From an uncultured Holophagales bacterium (lineage in GTDB: Bacteria; Acidobacteriota; Thermoanaerobaculia; Multivoradales; UBA5704), in the NCBI GenBank assembly GCA_963842525.1, contig CAWJGT010000001.1:128001-192000 (forward strand): DNA of 64,000 nucleotides, in the 5' to 3' direction. Shown here piece by piece: positions 1 through 10,963 of the stretch. The notes beneath the pieces were generated by a model. The model saw only the letters and a program-made list of their open reading frames with translations, had not been told where the DNA came from and searched no databases. Numbering within the stretch: position 1 is the first letter of the stretch; every line of letters begins with the position of its first letter. The position numbers were made by a program, and so were the translations under genes.

Positions 1-277
1 CGTCTCCTACACCGACCTCGCCGGCCTGCGCCGGCTGCGCGACCAGGGATGCCTCGTCAAGGGGATGCTTCCCAAGGCGAGCGCCATCGAGTCCGCGGTC
101 CTGGGCGGCGTCCGGCGGGTCCACATCCTCGGGGCGGACATGCCCGACGGCCTGCTGACCGAGGTCTTCACCAACGAGGGCGTCGGGACGCTGGTGGTCG
201 AGGACGTCGGCGCCCTGTCGCCCGCCGAGCAGTGGATGGAAGCAACGGCCTCTCCGGTCCTGGAGACCGCGCCATGA
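1..277 (+). CDS. argB: Acetylglutamate kinase, C-terminal part (runs in from window edge)
   Basis: GMLPK...GVRRVHI...LLTEVFTNEGVGT is the ArgB C-terminus; stop overlaps the argE start (ATGA). Confidence 0.88.
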   Translation, partial: VSYTDLAGLRRLRDQGCLVKGMLPKASAIESAVLGGVRRVHILGADMPDGLLTEVFTNEGVGTLVVEDVGALSPAEQWMEATASPVLETAP

Positions 278-1384
278 TGCTGCCGCCGCGCGAGATCCTG
301 ACCCTCCATCGCGATATCGTCGCGATCCCCTCCGTGTCCGGGAGCGAGGCGGAGCTGGCCGGCTTCCTGGAGGACCGGCTCCGCCGCCGGGGCGCCGCAC
401 CGGTGCGGGTCGGCGAGAGCCTGCTGGCCCTGCATGGCGAGGGTCCGGTGCTCCTCCTCGACACCCACCTCGACACCGTGCCGCCGGTCCCGGGCTGGAC
501 GCGCGACCCCTGGCAGGTCGAGGAGGCGGACGGCCGCATCTACGGGCCTCGGCGCGAACGACGCCAAGGCCTCGGTCGCAGCCATGGTCGCCGCCTTCCT
601 CGCCTTCCTGGAGGTGCGGCTGCCCTTCACCCTCGCCCTGGCCCTGGTCGAGGGGGAGGAGACGAAGGGGACCGGCACCCAGGCGGTCCTCGCCGAGCTG
701 GCGCGCCGCGGCCTCCCGCTGGAGGCGGCCGTGATCGGCGAGCCCACCGGCCTCGACCTGGCCGTGGCGCAGAAGGGCCTGATGGTTCTGGAGCTGGTGA
801 CGCGAGGCGAAGCCTGCCATGCCGCGAACGCCGCAGCCCTCGGCGCCACCAACGCGGTGCGGCTGCTTGCCCGCGACCTGGTGTCCCTGGAAGCGATCGA
901 CTTCGGCCCGCCCCACGAGCAGCTCGGCCCCATCACCCTGGAGCCGACGCAGCTCCGGGCGGGGACCGCGCGCAACATCGTGCCGGGCGAGGCCACGGCC
1001 GTGCTGGACGTCCGCACCACACCGTCCCTCTCCCGGGAAGAGATCGCCCGGCGCATCCGGGAAAGGGTCCGGGGCGAGGTCCGGGTGCTCTCCGACCGTC
1101 TTCTGCCCAAGGCCACGCCGGAAGACGCGCCGCTCATCGTCGCCGCCCGCCGCGCCCGTCCGCACGCCCGCCTTTTCGGCTCGGCGACCCTGTCGGACAT
1201 GGCCCTCCTGAACGGCACCCCCGCGGTCAAGTGCGGTCCGGGGCAGAGCGACCGCTCCCACACGCCGGACGAGTACGTCCTCCACGAGGAGATCCTGGAC
1301 GGCGCCCGCTTCTACACCCGGCTGATCGGTTCCTACGCGGAGCTGAGAGTCGAGCAGGAGCACCTGCTGGAGGTCCGGGGGTGA
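274..1384 (+). CDS. argE: M20 family acetylornithine deacetylase, +1 frameshift near 545
   Basis: HLDTV, YG/LGANDAK, EE, IGEPT and SHTPDE motifs split over two frames; removing one G in TACGGGCCTC restores YGLGANDAK; arg operon context. Confidence 0.85.
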
Positions 1385-2566
1385 CCCGCCTCTGGGACAA
1401 GGGAGAGCCGCTCGATGAGACGGGTCCTCCGCTACACCGCCGGCGAGGATCACGTCCTGGACGCCCGGCTCGTCCCCTACGACGTCCGGGCCTCGATCGC
1501 CCACGCCGAGATGCTCCAAGGTGCCAACCTGCTCTCCGCCGAGGACCTGACCGCGATCCGGCAAGGTCTGGAAGCCCTCGCCGCCGGACACGCTGCCGGG
1601 GAGTGGCGCATCGACCTCGCGGACGAGGACGTCCACACCGCCCTGGAGACCCGCCTGACCGCAAAGATCGGCGAAGCCGGAGCCCGCCTCCACCTCGGCC
1701 GCTCGCGCAACGACCAGGTCCTCGCCGCCCTCCGCCTCTACCTGCGCGACGAGATCGAAGCTCTCCGCCAGGGAGCCCTGGAAGTGGCGGCTGCCCTCGA
1801 TGCCCTGGCCGAACGGGAGAAGGACACGCTCCTCCCCGGCTACACCCACATGCAGCCGGCCATGCCCAGCTCCGTGCCGTTGTGGGCGGGAGGCTTCGCC
1901 GCCGAGCTGCGCGACAACGCCGAAGGCCTCGCCGCCGTCCGCCGCCGCATCGACAAAAACCCGCTTGGCTCGGCCGCCGGCTACGGCGTCCCCCTGCTGC
2001 CCATCGACCGCGAATCCACCCGGGCAAGCCTGGGCTTCGCCGAAGTCCAAGAGCCGGTGACCGCCGTCCAGCTCTCGCGAGGCAAGGCGGAGGCCCAAGT
2101 CCTCTTCGAAACCGCCCTCCTGATGCAGGATCTAGGACGCCTCGCCGCCGACCTCGTCCTCTTTTCAATGCAGGAGCTCGGCTTCGTGAGCCTGCCGCCG
2201 GAGATGACCACCGGCTCCTCGATCATGCCGCAGAAGCGCAACCCGGACGTCTTCGAGCTGGTCCGCGGCCGCACCGTCACAGCCCAGGCCTGCCTCCTGG
2301 AAGTCCTGGCGATCACCGCCAAGCTTCCCTCCGGCTACCACCGCGACCTCCAGCTCCTGAAAGCCCCCCTCTTCCGAGGCCTCGACCTCGCCCGCGACAC
2401 CCTCGCGATCCTGTCCGCCGCCCTGCCCGGCATCCGCTTCCACCCCGAGCGCATCCATCTCGACCCCGGCCTCTACGCTGCCGAAGAGGCTTACCGCTTG
2501 GTTTTGGAGGAAGGTATCCCCTTCCGCGAGGCGTACCGGCGGGTGGGGGAGCGGTACAACGCGTAG
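1381..2566 (+). CDS. argH: Argininosuccinate lyase, +1 frameshift near 1420
   Basis: GTG start (TRLWDKG), EDVH, GRSRNDQV, PGYTH, TTGSSIMPQKRNPD signature. Confidence 0.93.
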
Positions 2567-2569
2567 AGA

Positions 2570-3000
2570 GTGACCTGGATCGATCCAGGCGATCCTGTAA
2601 GCATTCGACGTGACCTGATAGTGATCGAGGATGAGGCTGAACGCTTATCAGGCGACTCCGGATGCTTATCGGGGACGCTGGATCGATGTAGGAAACTCTG
2701 TAAGCATCCGGGTGACCCGACATCGATCGAGGGTGGGGCTGAACGCGTATCGGTGACTCCGAATGCTTGTCAGGTGAGGCTGGACCGATCCAGACAACTC
2801 TGTAGCCATCCGAGGTGACCCGAGATCGATCGAGGCGACGCTGGATGCTTATCGGGTGACCCTGGATCAATACAGGGGACGCTGGATGCATCCAGATGAC
2901 TCGGGATCGATCGAGGCGAGGCTGAACGCTTATCGGGTGGCCCTGGATGCTTATTATGAGACGCTGGATCGATCCAGGTGACTCTGAACGCATCCAAGAT
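2570..3000. repeat. Degenerate tandem array of ~21 units of 19-22 bp with a ~102-103 bp higher-order period
   Basis: Units resemble GTGACNCTGGATCGATCCAG / GCTGAACGCTTATCGG; CTGGA(T/C)CGAT recurs at 2575, 2678 and 2780; perfect palindrome CTGGATCGATCCAG at 2575 and 2964. Confidence 0.8.
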
Positions 3001-3032
3001 CGCTCTGAGATCATCCGAATTGCCGCCCCCCT

Positions 3033-3242
3033 GTAGCCCCGAAGGGGCCTTGGCATAAAGCCTGGCGCTTCAGCGCCAGGTTGGCGTCCTCCAAATTTTT
3101 CCTGAGCCCTGAAGGGGCGCAGGCACCTGAATCTCAGTGCTCCCACCCCCGCATCGGGGCTCGCGCCCATCGCCCTCGCCGTCGCCCCTTCGGGGCTTGG
3201 GGGGAAATTGGGCCGCGGTCCTGGGGTTGAAACCCCAGGCTT
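3033..3242. repeat. REP-like palindromic cluster; its last unit is split by the group II intron and continues at 6749-6771
   Basis: Hairpins GCCCCGAAGGGGC, CCTGGCGCTTCAGCGCCAGG, GCCCCTTCGGGGC and CCTGGGGTTGAAACCCCAGG arranged as inverted units. Confidence 0.8.
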
Positions 3243-4462
3243 GTGCGCCCGTGAGCGCACACGTTCAGAGAGGTGAAAGTCCTCTTCAGGCATACGCTCT
3301 CCGGCCTGTAACCGAAGGTAACTGCGTCGCCCAAAGCGAGGTGGAGAGCAACCGGAGGTGAGAGACCAGTCCGCAGGAGACGAAATCGATTCGGCCTTGT
3401 GACCCCGACGAGCCTGCAAGCCACTGGCGAAGTCTGGACCCTCAAGGGAGACCCATCGAGCTGAGGGGTAGCGTGCGAAAGCGGCGATGGGGGGGCGTAG
3501 GGTGATTGGATGCAGAATGGTCTCAAAGGACGTGTGACGTGAAGCGGGGAGACCTCGGTCGGGCAGGAGACTTGCCGAGGAGTCAGAGTCCTCATAGGAG
3601 CTGAGAAGCGCCGTAACGGGCGTGGAGCAAAGGGGGACAGGGAGGTGGATGCGTGACGACTGGACAAGCGGAAAGCAACCGCGCGTCAGTGCCTGTAAGG
3701 GCTAAACAAGCCGGAGAAGTCCGGGGCCGGTGGCCCTGGGTGGAACCGCATGTCTGGACGGATCGCATGTTGACGGCCCTCGAAGCTGGGGTCCAAGGAG
3801 GCCAATGGTTCAGTCTGATCGACAAGGTCTATGACTCGCGCAACCTGGACTCTTCCTACCAGCGGGTCAGGCGGAACCAGGGAAGCGCTGGGGTTGACCA
3901 CGTGACGGTCGCGCAGTTCAGCGCCCACCTCGGCAAGAACCTGGAGAACCTGGCGGCTAGTCTGAAAGACGGCAGTTATCGTCCGCAGGCGATTCGCCGG
4001 GTGTGGATACCCAAGCCGGGTAGCTCCGAGGAGCGCCCTCTGGGGATTCCGACGGTTCAAGACCGGGTGGTGCAAGGAGCGCTGCGCAATGTCTTGGAAC
4101 CGATCTTCGAACGGGAGTTTGCAGCCCAGAGCTACGGATTCCGTCCGGGGAGAAGTACCAAGGCTGCGCTGCGTCGCGTCTCGGAACTGCTGGAGGCCGG
4201 CTATACCCATGTGGTGGACGCCGACCTGCGCAGCTATTACGACACGATCCCTCGCCAGGGTTTGATGGCGAGAATCGAAGCGAAGGTATCGGACGGCCGG
4301 GTCTTGGACCTGGTGCGTGCCTTTCTCGACCAGGAAGTGATGGTGGGTCTGGAGCACTGGACTCCTGAGGAGGGAACTCCACAAGGAGCGGTGATCAGTC
4401 CCCTGCTGTCGAATATCTACCTGGACCCTCTCGACCATCAAATGGCCGAACAAGGTTATGAG

Positions 4463-6120
4463 GTATCTGTTTACCGCCCTAGTGCCGCCTTCCCCGAGCG
4501 GTGGCACGTCCGCAAGGGCTTGAAGTTCTCTTCTCGGCATGGTCTAATGTCTTTCAGGCATGCCGACTTACGAGGAACTCCTTCAAGAGAACTCTGAGCT
4601 TCGCCAAGACAACGGTGAGCTTCGCCAGCGGGTGGAGGAGCAGGAGCGCCAGATTGCGCACCTGAAGCGCCGAATCGTCGATCTGGAGAAACTTGTCGAG
4701 GAGCTACGGCGCCGGGGCAAACGCCAGGCTGCCCCCTTCTCGAAGGGAGATCCGAGCGAGGATCCCAAGTCTCCAGGGCGCAAAGCCGGGGATCAATATG
4801 GTCAGCAAGCGACTCGAGCTGTGCCCGATCACGTCGACGAAACCATCGTGGTGGAGTGCCCGCTGTATTGTGAGCACTGTGGGGGTCAGGTCATTCCGCA
4901 GGGCGAAGCTCGCCAGTATCAGACCGATCTGCCGCCGATTCGGCCGGTGACGACGGAGTTCATCCTCCATTATGGGAAGTGCTCGGCATGTGGCCGGGAA
5001 GCTGTGGGGCGTCACCCGCGCCAGACTTCCCAGGCGTTCCGGGTCGGCAACGTGCAACTCGGTCCAAACGTGTTGGGGCTCGCCGCCTGGCTCAACAAGG
5101 TCGGAGGCTTGAGCTACGGCAAGATCGCCGCGTTGCTGAAGGAGCTGGCTGGACTGTCTGTGTCGCGCTCGGCCCTGTGCCGCGCGCTGCTTCGCATGAG
5201 TAAGAAGCTGGAGCCCTTGTACGAGGAGCTGAAGGCGAAGATCCGGAGCTCTCCTGTGGTGTACCCGGACGAGACGGGCTGGCGGGAGGGGGGCTATAGC
5301 GTGTGGTTGTGGGTGTTCACCAATCGCAGCGAGACGGTCTACAGCATCCAGCCGGGTCGTGGCTATGCCGAGGCCTCTGAGGTCCTGGGGGAGGGCTTTG
5401 TCGGCGTGCTGGTGGCTGATGGTTGGGCTCCCTATCAGAAATTTGAAGAAGCGACTCATCAGACCTGTCTGGCGCATCTGTTGCGCCGTTGCGAGGAGCT
5501 GCTGGAGAAGGCGACAGGGGGTGCGGTGCGCTTTCCTCGGGCGGTGAAAGAGATCCTGCAGGCCGCCTTGGAGGCGCGAAGATCAGCGGGACGCGGGCAA
5601 GCTCAGCGGCGAGGCGCTGGAGAAGGTCAAGCAGGACTTGGAGCTCCAGATGGAAAGGCGTCTGTCGGGGAAGTTCACGAACCCCGACAACCAGCGTCTG
5701 GCTCAGCATTTGATACGTCACCAGGAGCAGCTGTTTGTCTTCCTGGAACGCACGGATGTGGAGGCGACCAATTGGCCGGCCGAACAAGGGATTCGCCCGG
5801 CGGTCATCAACCGCAAGACATCTGGGGGAAATCGGACGGCCGAGGGGTCCCAGGCGCAAGCGGTCTTGATGAGTGCCCTGCGCACATTTCAGCAACACCA
5901 AGTCGGGACACTCGAGATCTTGCCCCAGCTTCTGCGCAGCCCCCAGCTACCGAAGCTTGAGGCAATACTTCCTGCGTCACAGCCACCGTAACAGTTCTCG
6001 CCACGAGTTATCCGTGGCTCCAGGTCGGTAGCCGCTCGCCCTCGTCAGGTCGCCTGGCCAGCGCGGACGTGTGTCCAGGGAAAACCTTCCCCAAAAGTGC
6101 CGCTGACGGTAAACAGATAC
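4463..6120 (+). mobile_element. IS66-family element (single-ORF, ISBst12-like), copy 1, 1658 bp
   Basis: 14-bp terminal inverted repeat GTATCTGTTTACCG; 8-bp target duplication GTTATGAG at 4455-4462 and 6121-6128. Confidence 0.93.
4560..5991 (+). CDS. IS66 transposase, +1 frameshift near 5580 relative to copy 2
   Basis: Coiled coil, CxxC zinc motifs, DETG, LVADG, QTCLAH, TNWPAEQGIR; nearly identical to intact 31897-33327. Confidence 0.9.
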
Positions 6121-6823
6121 GTTATGAGATGGTGCGGTACGCTGATGACTTCGTGATTTTGTGCCGTAGCCGAGAAGAGGCCGAGCGAGCGTTGGCGGAG
6201 GTGGAGGAGTGGACGGCAGCCGCCGGTCTGCAACTTCATCCCGACAAGACGCGCATCGTGGACGCCACCCAGCGGGGTGGCTTCGACTTCCTGGGGTACC
6301 ACTTCGAGCGCGGCTATCGCTGGCCGAGCAAGAAGAGCCTGAAGAAGCACAAGGACACGATCCGTTCCCACACCAAGCGCACGCACGGCATCAGCCTGCG
6401 AGAGATCATCCGCCGAGTCAACGCAGTCCGTCGGGGCTGGTTTGAGTACTTCAAACACAGTCACGGCACCACGTTCAAGCCTCTCGACCAGTGGGTGCGG
6501 ATGCGCCTGAGGAGCATCCTTCGCCACCGGCAAGGGAGACGAGGACGTGGCCGGGGTCAGGACCATCATCGCTGGCCGAACGCCTTCTTTGCTGAGCATG
6601 GGTTGTTCTCCTACGTCACAGCCTATGCTCAGGCCCGTCAATCCTCTAGCAGGTAAAACCACCAACTGGAGAGCCGGATGCGGGAGATCCGCATGTCCGG
6701 TTCGGAGGGAGGGGGAGCCGGTACTCAACCGGCCCTCCCTACCCCTATTATGCCCACGCCCCTTCGGGGCTCCTGACGTGGGCAGCCTCGATTCACACCG
6801 ACAAGCCGACGAGAGATGGGCCG

Positions 6824-9201
6824 TCAAGAGCTTACAGCCTTCTTGATCTCCTTGCAGATTCGCACCCACGCCTCATCGCGGTCTGCCTTGCTCATCTGCG
6901 CCAAGGGTTTATCCGGCGATGAGACAGCCTGGTAGTCCTTGAGAGGTGTTTCTTCATAGGCGCTCGCGCGGAGCGGCACCCACAGAATCTTGACTCCTCC
7001 CGCTTCGGCTTCCTTCAGCAGTGGCCCGAGCTCATGCTCGTGGATGAAATCCGACGCAAGGAAGCTCGGGCTGACGAGCAACACCGCGGCACTCGTTTGA
7101 TGAAGCGCCCCACGAATCTGTCGAACCATTTCGAGCCCGCAGCGATCTGCTGATCCGACCAGTGCCTGACGGAGCCTGAGCGCGCGAAGAGCTCCGGGTC
7201 CTCGAGGAGCTTTTTCATAAGCTTTTCGTCTTCGTGGCTGTAGCTGATGAAGACTTGATCTCGCATGGAGTCCTCGTTCAATTTCAGATCTGGTTTGGCC
7301 TGGAGCGATTCGCTCGCCTTGATCGGCCTCGCCTCATTCCACCCCCGCGCCGCCTCCTCAGCATCCGCAAGCTCGCCATCGCGGCGGTGGTAGCCGTGTT
7401 TCTCGATCAGGCGGCGGGCCTCGGCCAGGGCGGCGCGGTCGCGGAAGAGGCGGGCGCGGGTGAGTTGGATGTCCGCCTGGAATAGCGGCATTGGCCCCCG
7501 TTCGGCAATTTCCCACGCCTCGTCCAAGTCCGCCTGGCAACCCGCCTCATTGCCCGAGAGATTTCGCAGCCAGGCACGTGTCAGCAGGCCACGGGGGAGA
7601 TGGTGGGTCGTACCGGCATTGCGGAAGCCTACGATGGCAGCGTTGACGTGGTCGACTGCGGCGTTCGGAATGAAAAATACGGTGTGGGCCTTATAGAACA
7701 TTGCCCGGGCCAGGGTTAGGTGGTCCAACGCGATGTCGAGAAGCCAGTCTTGCGGTGTAACCCATGCCAGCGTCTGCGAAGCTCTTGCGATAACCTCATC
7801 GCAAGCGGCTATGGAGGTTGTGGGCGTTGTACTTGGTACAGTCTCAAGACAACGTTGCCATGCCGCGCGTTCTGCGTCGGACAGCGAGAGATCGCAGTAT
7901 CGGAAGCCCTGCAACGAGTAGAGCCGGGATATCCGGCTGATTCGCGGCTTGTTCGGTCTCTGCATCCTCGAATAGATGCCGCGACTCGTCGCGACGACCC
8001 GCTTGGTGCAGAGCATCGGCCAGCGCCGTGCGGGTGCGAGTCGATAGGAGGAGACGGGGAGACGGGGACGTCGATCAGGCGCAGCTCGGTCAGGCGGCGC
8101 AGGACGCGGCGCCAGTCGGCCGGGGACAGGTTCCGCAGCGGCGCGGTGAGGGCGTTCAGCTCGGGCTCATCCGCCTCGCGCAGCACGGCCAGCAGCTTCT
8201 CCTCGGCCGGGCGGTCGAAGAAGCCCAGCAGGCGCAGCACGGCGACTTCCGGGCTGGACTCGCCCAGATGCTGCACGTAGGCCCCGAACAGATGCCGCGC
8301 GTGGTACCGGTGCTCGGCTGCATCCTCGGCGAGCAGAGGGATCTCGTGACGCCGCCGAATCTCGTGGTCGTCCGTGGCGTCGCGCAGGTAGGTCCCCAGC
8401 AGCATCAGCGAATAGGCATGGCCTGGGCATCCTCCACCGCCTGGCGCAGCTCCCTCTCGGGACCGCGAACCTCCAACTGCCGCAACAGCTCCGCCCCGGC
8501 CGCTGCGTCCAGCCGATCCAGCGGCTGCTGGACGACCGCCTGGCCGCTCCTTGTCCGGAGCTCCACCACGGGCTGGCGCGAGGTGACCACGCACAGGCCG
8601 CTCTCCTTCGGGCCGGACGGATCACCCAGCCGGCCCGCGGCCAGGGAGAGCAGCAGGGAATGAATGGCCAGATCTTTCAGCCGGCCCTGGTCGAAGGATG
8701 GCGGATGCTGGAGCGGCTCGAGGCCGTCGAGCACCAGCAAACCGCGCTGCTCGACCAGCAGCCGGGCGAGCGTCCGCCCCTGCTCAGTGGGATCGGTGAG
8801 CCGCGGGCCGGAATGGCCGAAGTACTCCAGCGCCTGCTCGAAGAAGAGATCCGACGACGCGTTGCGTCGCTCATCGCTCCCCTGGCTATAGAAGGAATGG
8901 ACGAAGACCCGCCCCGCCCCGCGCCAGCCGTCGTCGCGCATCTGGGTCAGCCACTTGGCGACGACCCGGGTCTTGCCCGCGCCGCCTTGGGCGTGCAGTA
9001 CGAAGACCCGCACCTGCCCTTGTTCCAGGCCTGGTCGAGCGCCGCCAGCTCCGCCTCGCGCCCTGCGAAGCCCTCGCCGTAGGTGCGCAGCACTTCTACG
9101 CCGTGGGGGGCGGAGTCGTGAGGAGCCGAGGCGGTCATGGGCGCGTCGCGATGGTTCTCTTGGAGATTTGGCGTTGCCTTCATTATGGCGGCTCGGTCCA
9201 A
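6824..9201 (-). pseudogene. Fragmented STAND NTPase + TPR + C-terminal TIR protein
   Basis: FAGREAEL, Walker A GGAGKT, Walker B LLVLDGLE, helical TPR-like part, TIR QVFISYSH...LLVSPSFLASDF; several frame changes and an apparent internal deletion near 8030; start uncertain. Confidence 0.75.
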
Positions 9202-9289
9202 GGAGGGACAGCCTCACCTCTCCCATTCTTCCTGCCCTGTGATTACCGCCCTGGAGCCAGCCGAGGTACACTCCCCCCCCCCCCCCCGC

Positions 9290-9502
9290 TTATGCAGCCT
9301 CGGATTCGTCAGGCTGCTTGATCAGAGATTCCGCCGGGATGCCGGCCCGGTGCAAGTGTTTGCGCTCGTACGCTTCGACGAGCGTGACCAGCACGTCGAG
9401 CCGCTCCCCCTCGGGTGAGCCGGGCTCGGCTGTCATGAGCGACTCGATCTCGTGGAGGGCCGCCCGATAGTCCTCTTCGGTCTTGATCGGCTTGATGTCC
9501 AT
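9290..9502 (-). pseudogene. HigA-type antitoxin with the central HTH apparently deleted
   Basis: MDIKPIKTEEDYRAAL...LDVLVTLVEAYE joined directly to LH.AGIPAESLIK; GGAGG RBS. Confidence 0.7.
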
Positions 9503-9512
9503 TCTTTCCTCC

Positions 9513-9540
9513 TCAGATCGTCTGCGCATCGATCTGGTCG
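9513..9540 (-). pseudogene. Last codons of a HigB-like toxin gene
   Basis: Reads DQIDAQTI-stop directly upstream of the antitoxin RBS, like HigB C-termini. Confidence 0.5.
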
Positions 9541-9544
9541 CCTG

Positions 9545-10963
9545 CTATCCTCCCAGCAGATCCGCGGCCGTGACCAGCTCCAAACCCTCCGATGCTTTGG
9601 TGGAACCCGGCCTGGATGCGACCTCGGGCACGAACAGCGCTCGGACCACCTGAGCGTCCTTCAACCGCGAAGGCAGCGGCGGGGCCGGCTTGGCGGCCAG
9701 CTCGCGGAATGCTGTCTCCAGGGCCTTGCGCTCGAAGGGACGCGTGCTCCATTTCACTTCCCCCAGCAAGACGCTTTCGCCCTCGATGGACTCGCTGACC
9801 ACGTCCCACTCCGGTTGCGTACCGTGCCACCAGCGCGCGGCCGGACCCCAGGGGCCGCGCCTTCCCAGAGGGCTCTCGGCCGGCATCCGGGGCACCTGCT
9901 GGCGGCTGAGTTCTTCCCAGGCCTGGGCGCAGAGGCTGTCCCAGAAGCGAGCGAGGAGCTTGCGGCGCGCCGCAAGGGTACCGCTGGCGAGTTGGGCGCG
10001 GTAGGGGGCGACAACTCGGAACCAGAGGCGAAAGAAGGGGTCGGCAATCTTATAGAGGGCGCGCTTGCTCTTCTCGTTCTCGCCGAACGGCAGCTCGCGG
10101 CGGACCAGGCCGAGGCTGAGCAGGCGGTCCAGGGGCCTTGCCATCGAAGTGGCGGGACGACCCAGGCGGCCTGCGATCTCCGAGACCCGATGCGCGCCGG
10201 CTCCGATGGCATCGAGCAGGGGACGGGTCTCGAGGGCGGAGGGGATATCTTCCAGGAGCAGCCGGTCGGGCTCGCGATGGAGGGGACCCAGGGGATACAA
10301 GACGAGGTGGTCCACCTGGCTCGGCAGATCGCCGCCGGTTTCCTGGGCCAACTCCCAATAGCGCGGAATTCCGCCCCAGGCCGTGTACAGCTCGACCAGG
10401 CGCACGCTATCCGGAACGTCGAAAACCTCCCGGAGATAGGTGGGCGACAGAGGCTGGATTTCCAGGATCTCGCGGGCACGGCCGAACAGCGGCGCGTCCC
10501 CGGAGAGGACGAAACCCTGCATCATGCGCTGGCTCGAGCCGGCGATCGCCACCTTGAGCCGGGCCGAGCGCGCCTCGTGATCGATCCAGCGCTGGAGCAC
10601 GCTCGGCAGCTCCGGCGAGGCCAGGACGAGATAGGGAAGCTCGTCGAAGATCAATGGCCCGCGCCAGCCAGCGAGCTCCGCCTCGCGAGCCACGCGGGAC
10701 AGCAGCGACCGCCAATCGCGGTATTCGACGTCGGCGAATCCGGACAGGACCGCGCCGAGGGCCTCCGCAAAGTAGCGCCGCTGGATTTCGGCCATGGACT
10801 GGTCCGCGACGGTATAGAGGCCGCCGTGCTTCTTCGACCATTCGAGCAGCAGCCGCGTCTTTCCCACCCGGCGGCGACCGTAGATGACGACCAATCCGCC
10901 CTCGTCCGCTGCTGCGAACCGATCCAACCGGGCAAGCTCGTTCTGGCGGTTGACGAACTTCAT
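9545..10963 (-). CDS. Archaeal-type AAA ATPase with wHTH and C-terminal DUF234/PD-(D/E)XK-like region
   Basis: MKFVNRQNEL, YGRRRVGKT, IFDELPY, GGIPRY, DPFFRLWF, EWDVV...GEVKW. Confidence 0.85.
   Translation of the reverse strand: MKFVNRQNELARLDRFAAADEGGLVVIYGRRRVGKTRLLLEWSKKHGGLYTVADQSMAEIQRRYFAEALGAVLSGFADVEYRDWRSLLSRVAREAELAGWRGPLIFDELPYLVLASPELPSVLQRWIDHEARSARLKVAIAGSSQRMMQGFVLSGDAPLFGRAREILEIQPLSPTYLREVFDVPDSVRLVELYTAWGGIPRYWELAQETGGDLPSQVDHLVLYPLGPLHREPDRLLLEDIPSALETRPLLDAIGAGAHRVSEIAGRLGRPATSMARPLDRLLSLGLVRRELPFGENEKSKRALYKIADPFFRLWFRVVAPYRAQLASGTLAARRKLLARFWDSLCAQAWEELSRQQVPRMPAESPLGRRGPWGPAARWWHGTQPEWDVVSESIEGESVLLGEVKWSTRPFERKALETAFRELAAKPAPPLPSRLKDAQVVRALFVPEVASRPGSTKASEGLELVTAADLLGG

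Larger units (their letters stand above)
3653..6656 (+). pseudogene. ltrA: Group II intron reverse transcriptase/maturase (445 aa when rejoined), interrupted by IS66; no endonuclease domain evident
   Basis: RPLGIPTVQDR, SYGFRP, DADL, GTPQG in 3653-4462; VRYADD, FDFLGY and maturase domain in 6129-6656; join reads QGYE|MVRYADD. Confidence 0.93.
3243..6748 (+). mobile_element. Group II intron (about 1840 nt without the inserted IS66)
   Basis: 5' end GTGCG at 3243; RT/maturase ORF; domain V GAGCCGGATGCGGGAGATCCGCATGTCCGGTTC from 6671; domain VI ending ACCCCTAT at 6748; rejoined flanks restore the REP unit. Confidence 0.93.

Noticed and set aside
2570-3000. CRISPR array
   Set aside because: Units are contiguous and degenerate with no unique spacers, and there are no cas genes in the window
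3653-6656. Retron, DGR or defence-associated RT
   Set aside because: The RT has a maturase domain and sits within clear group II intron boundaries; no template/variable repeat pair was seen
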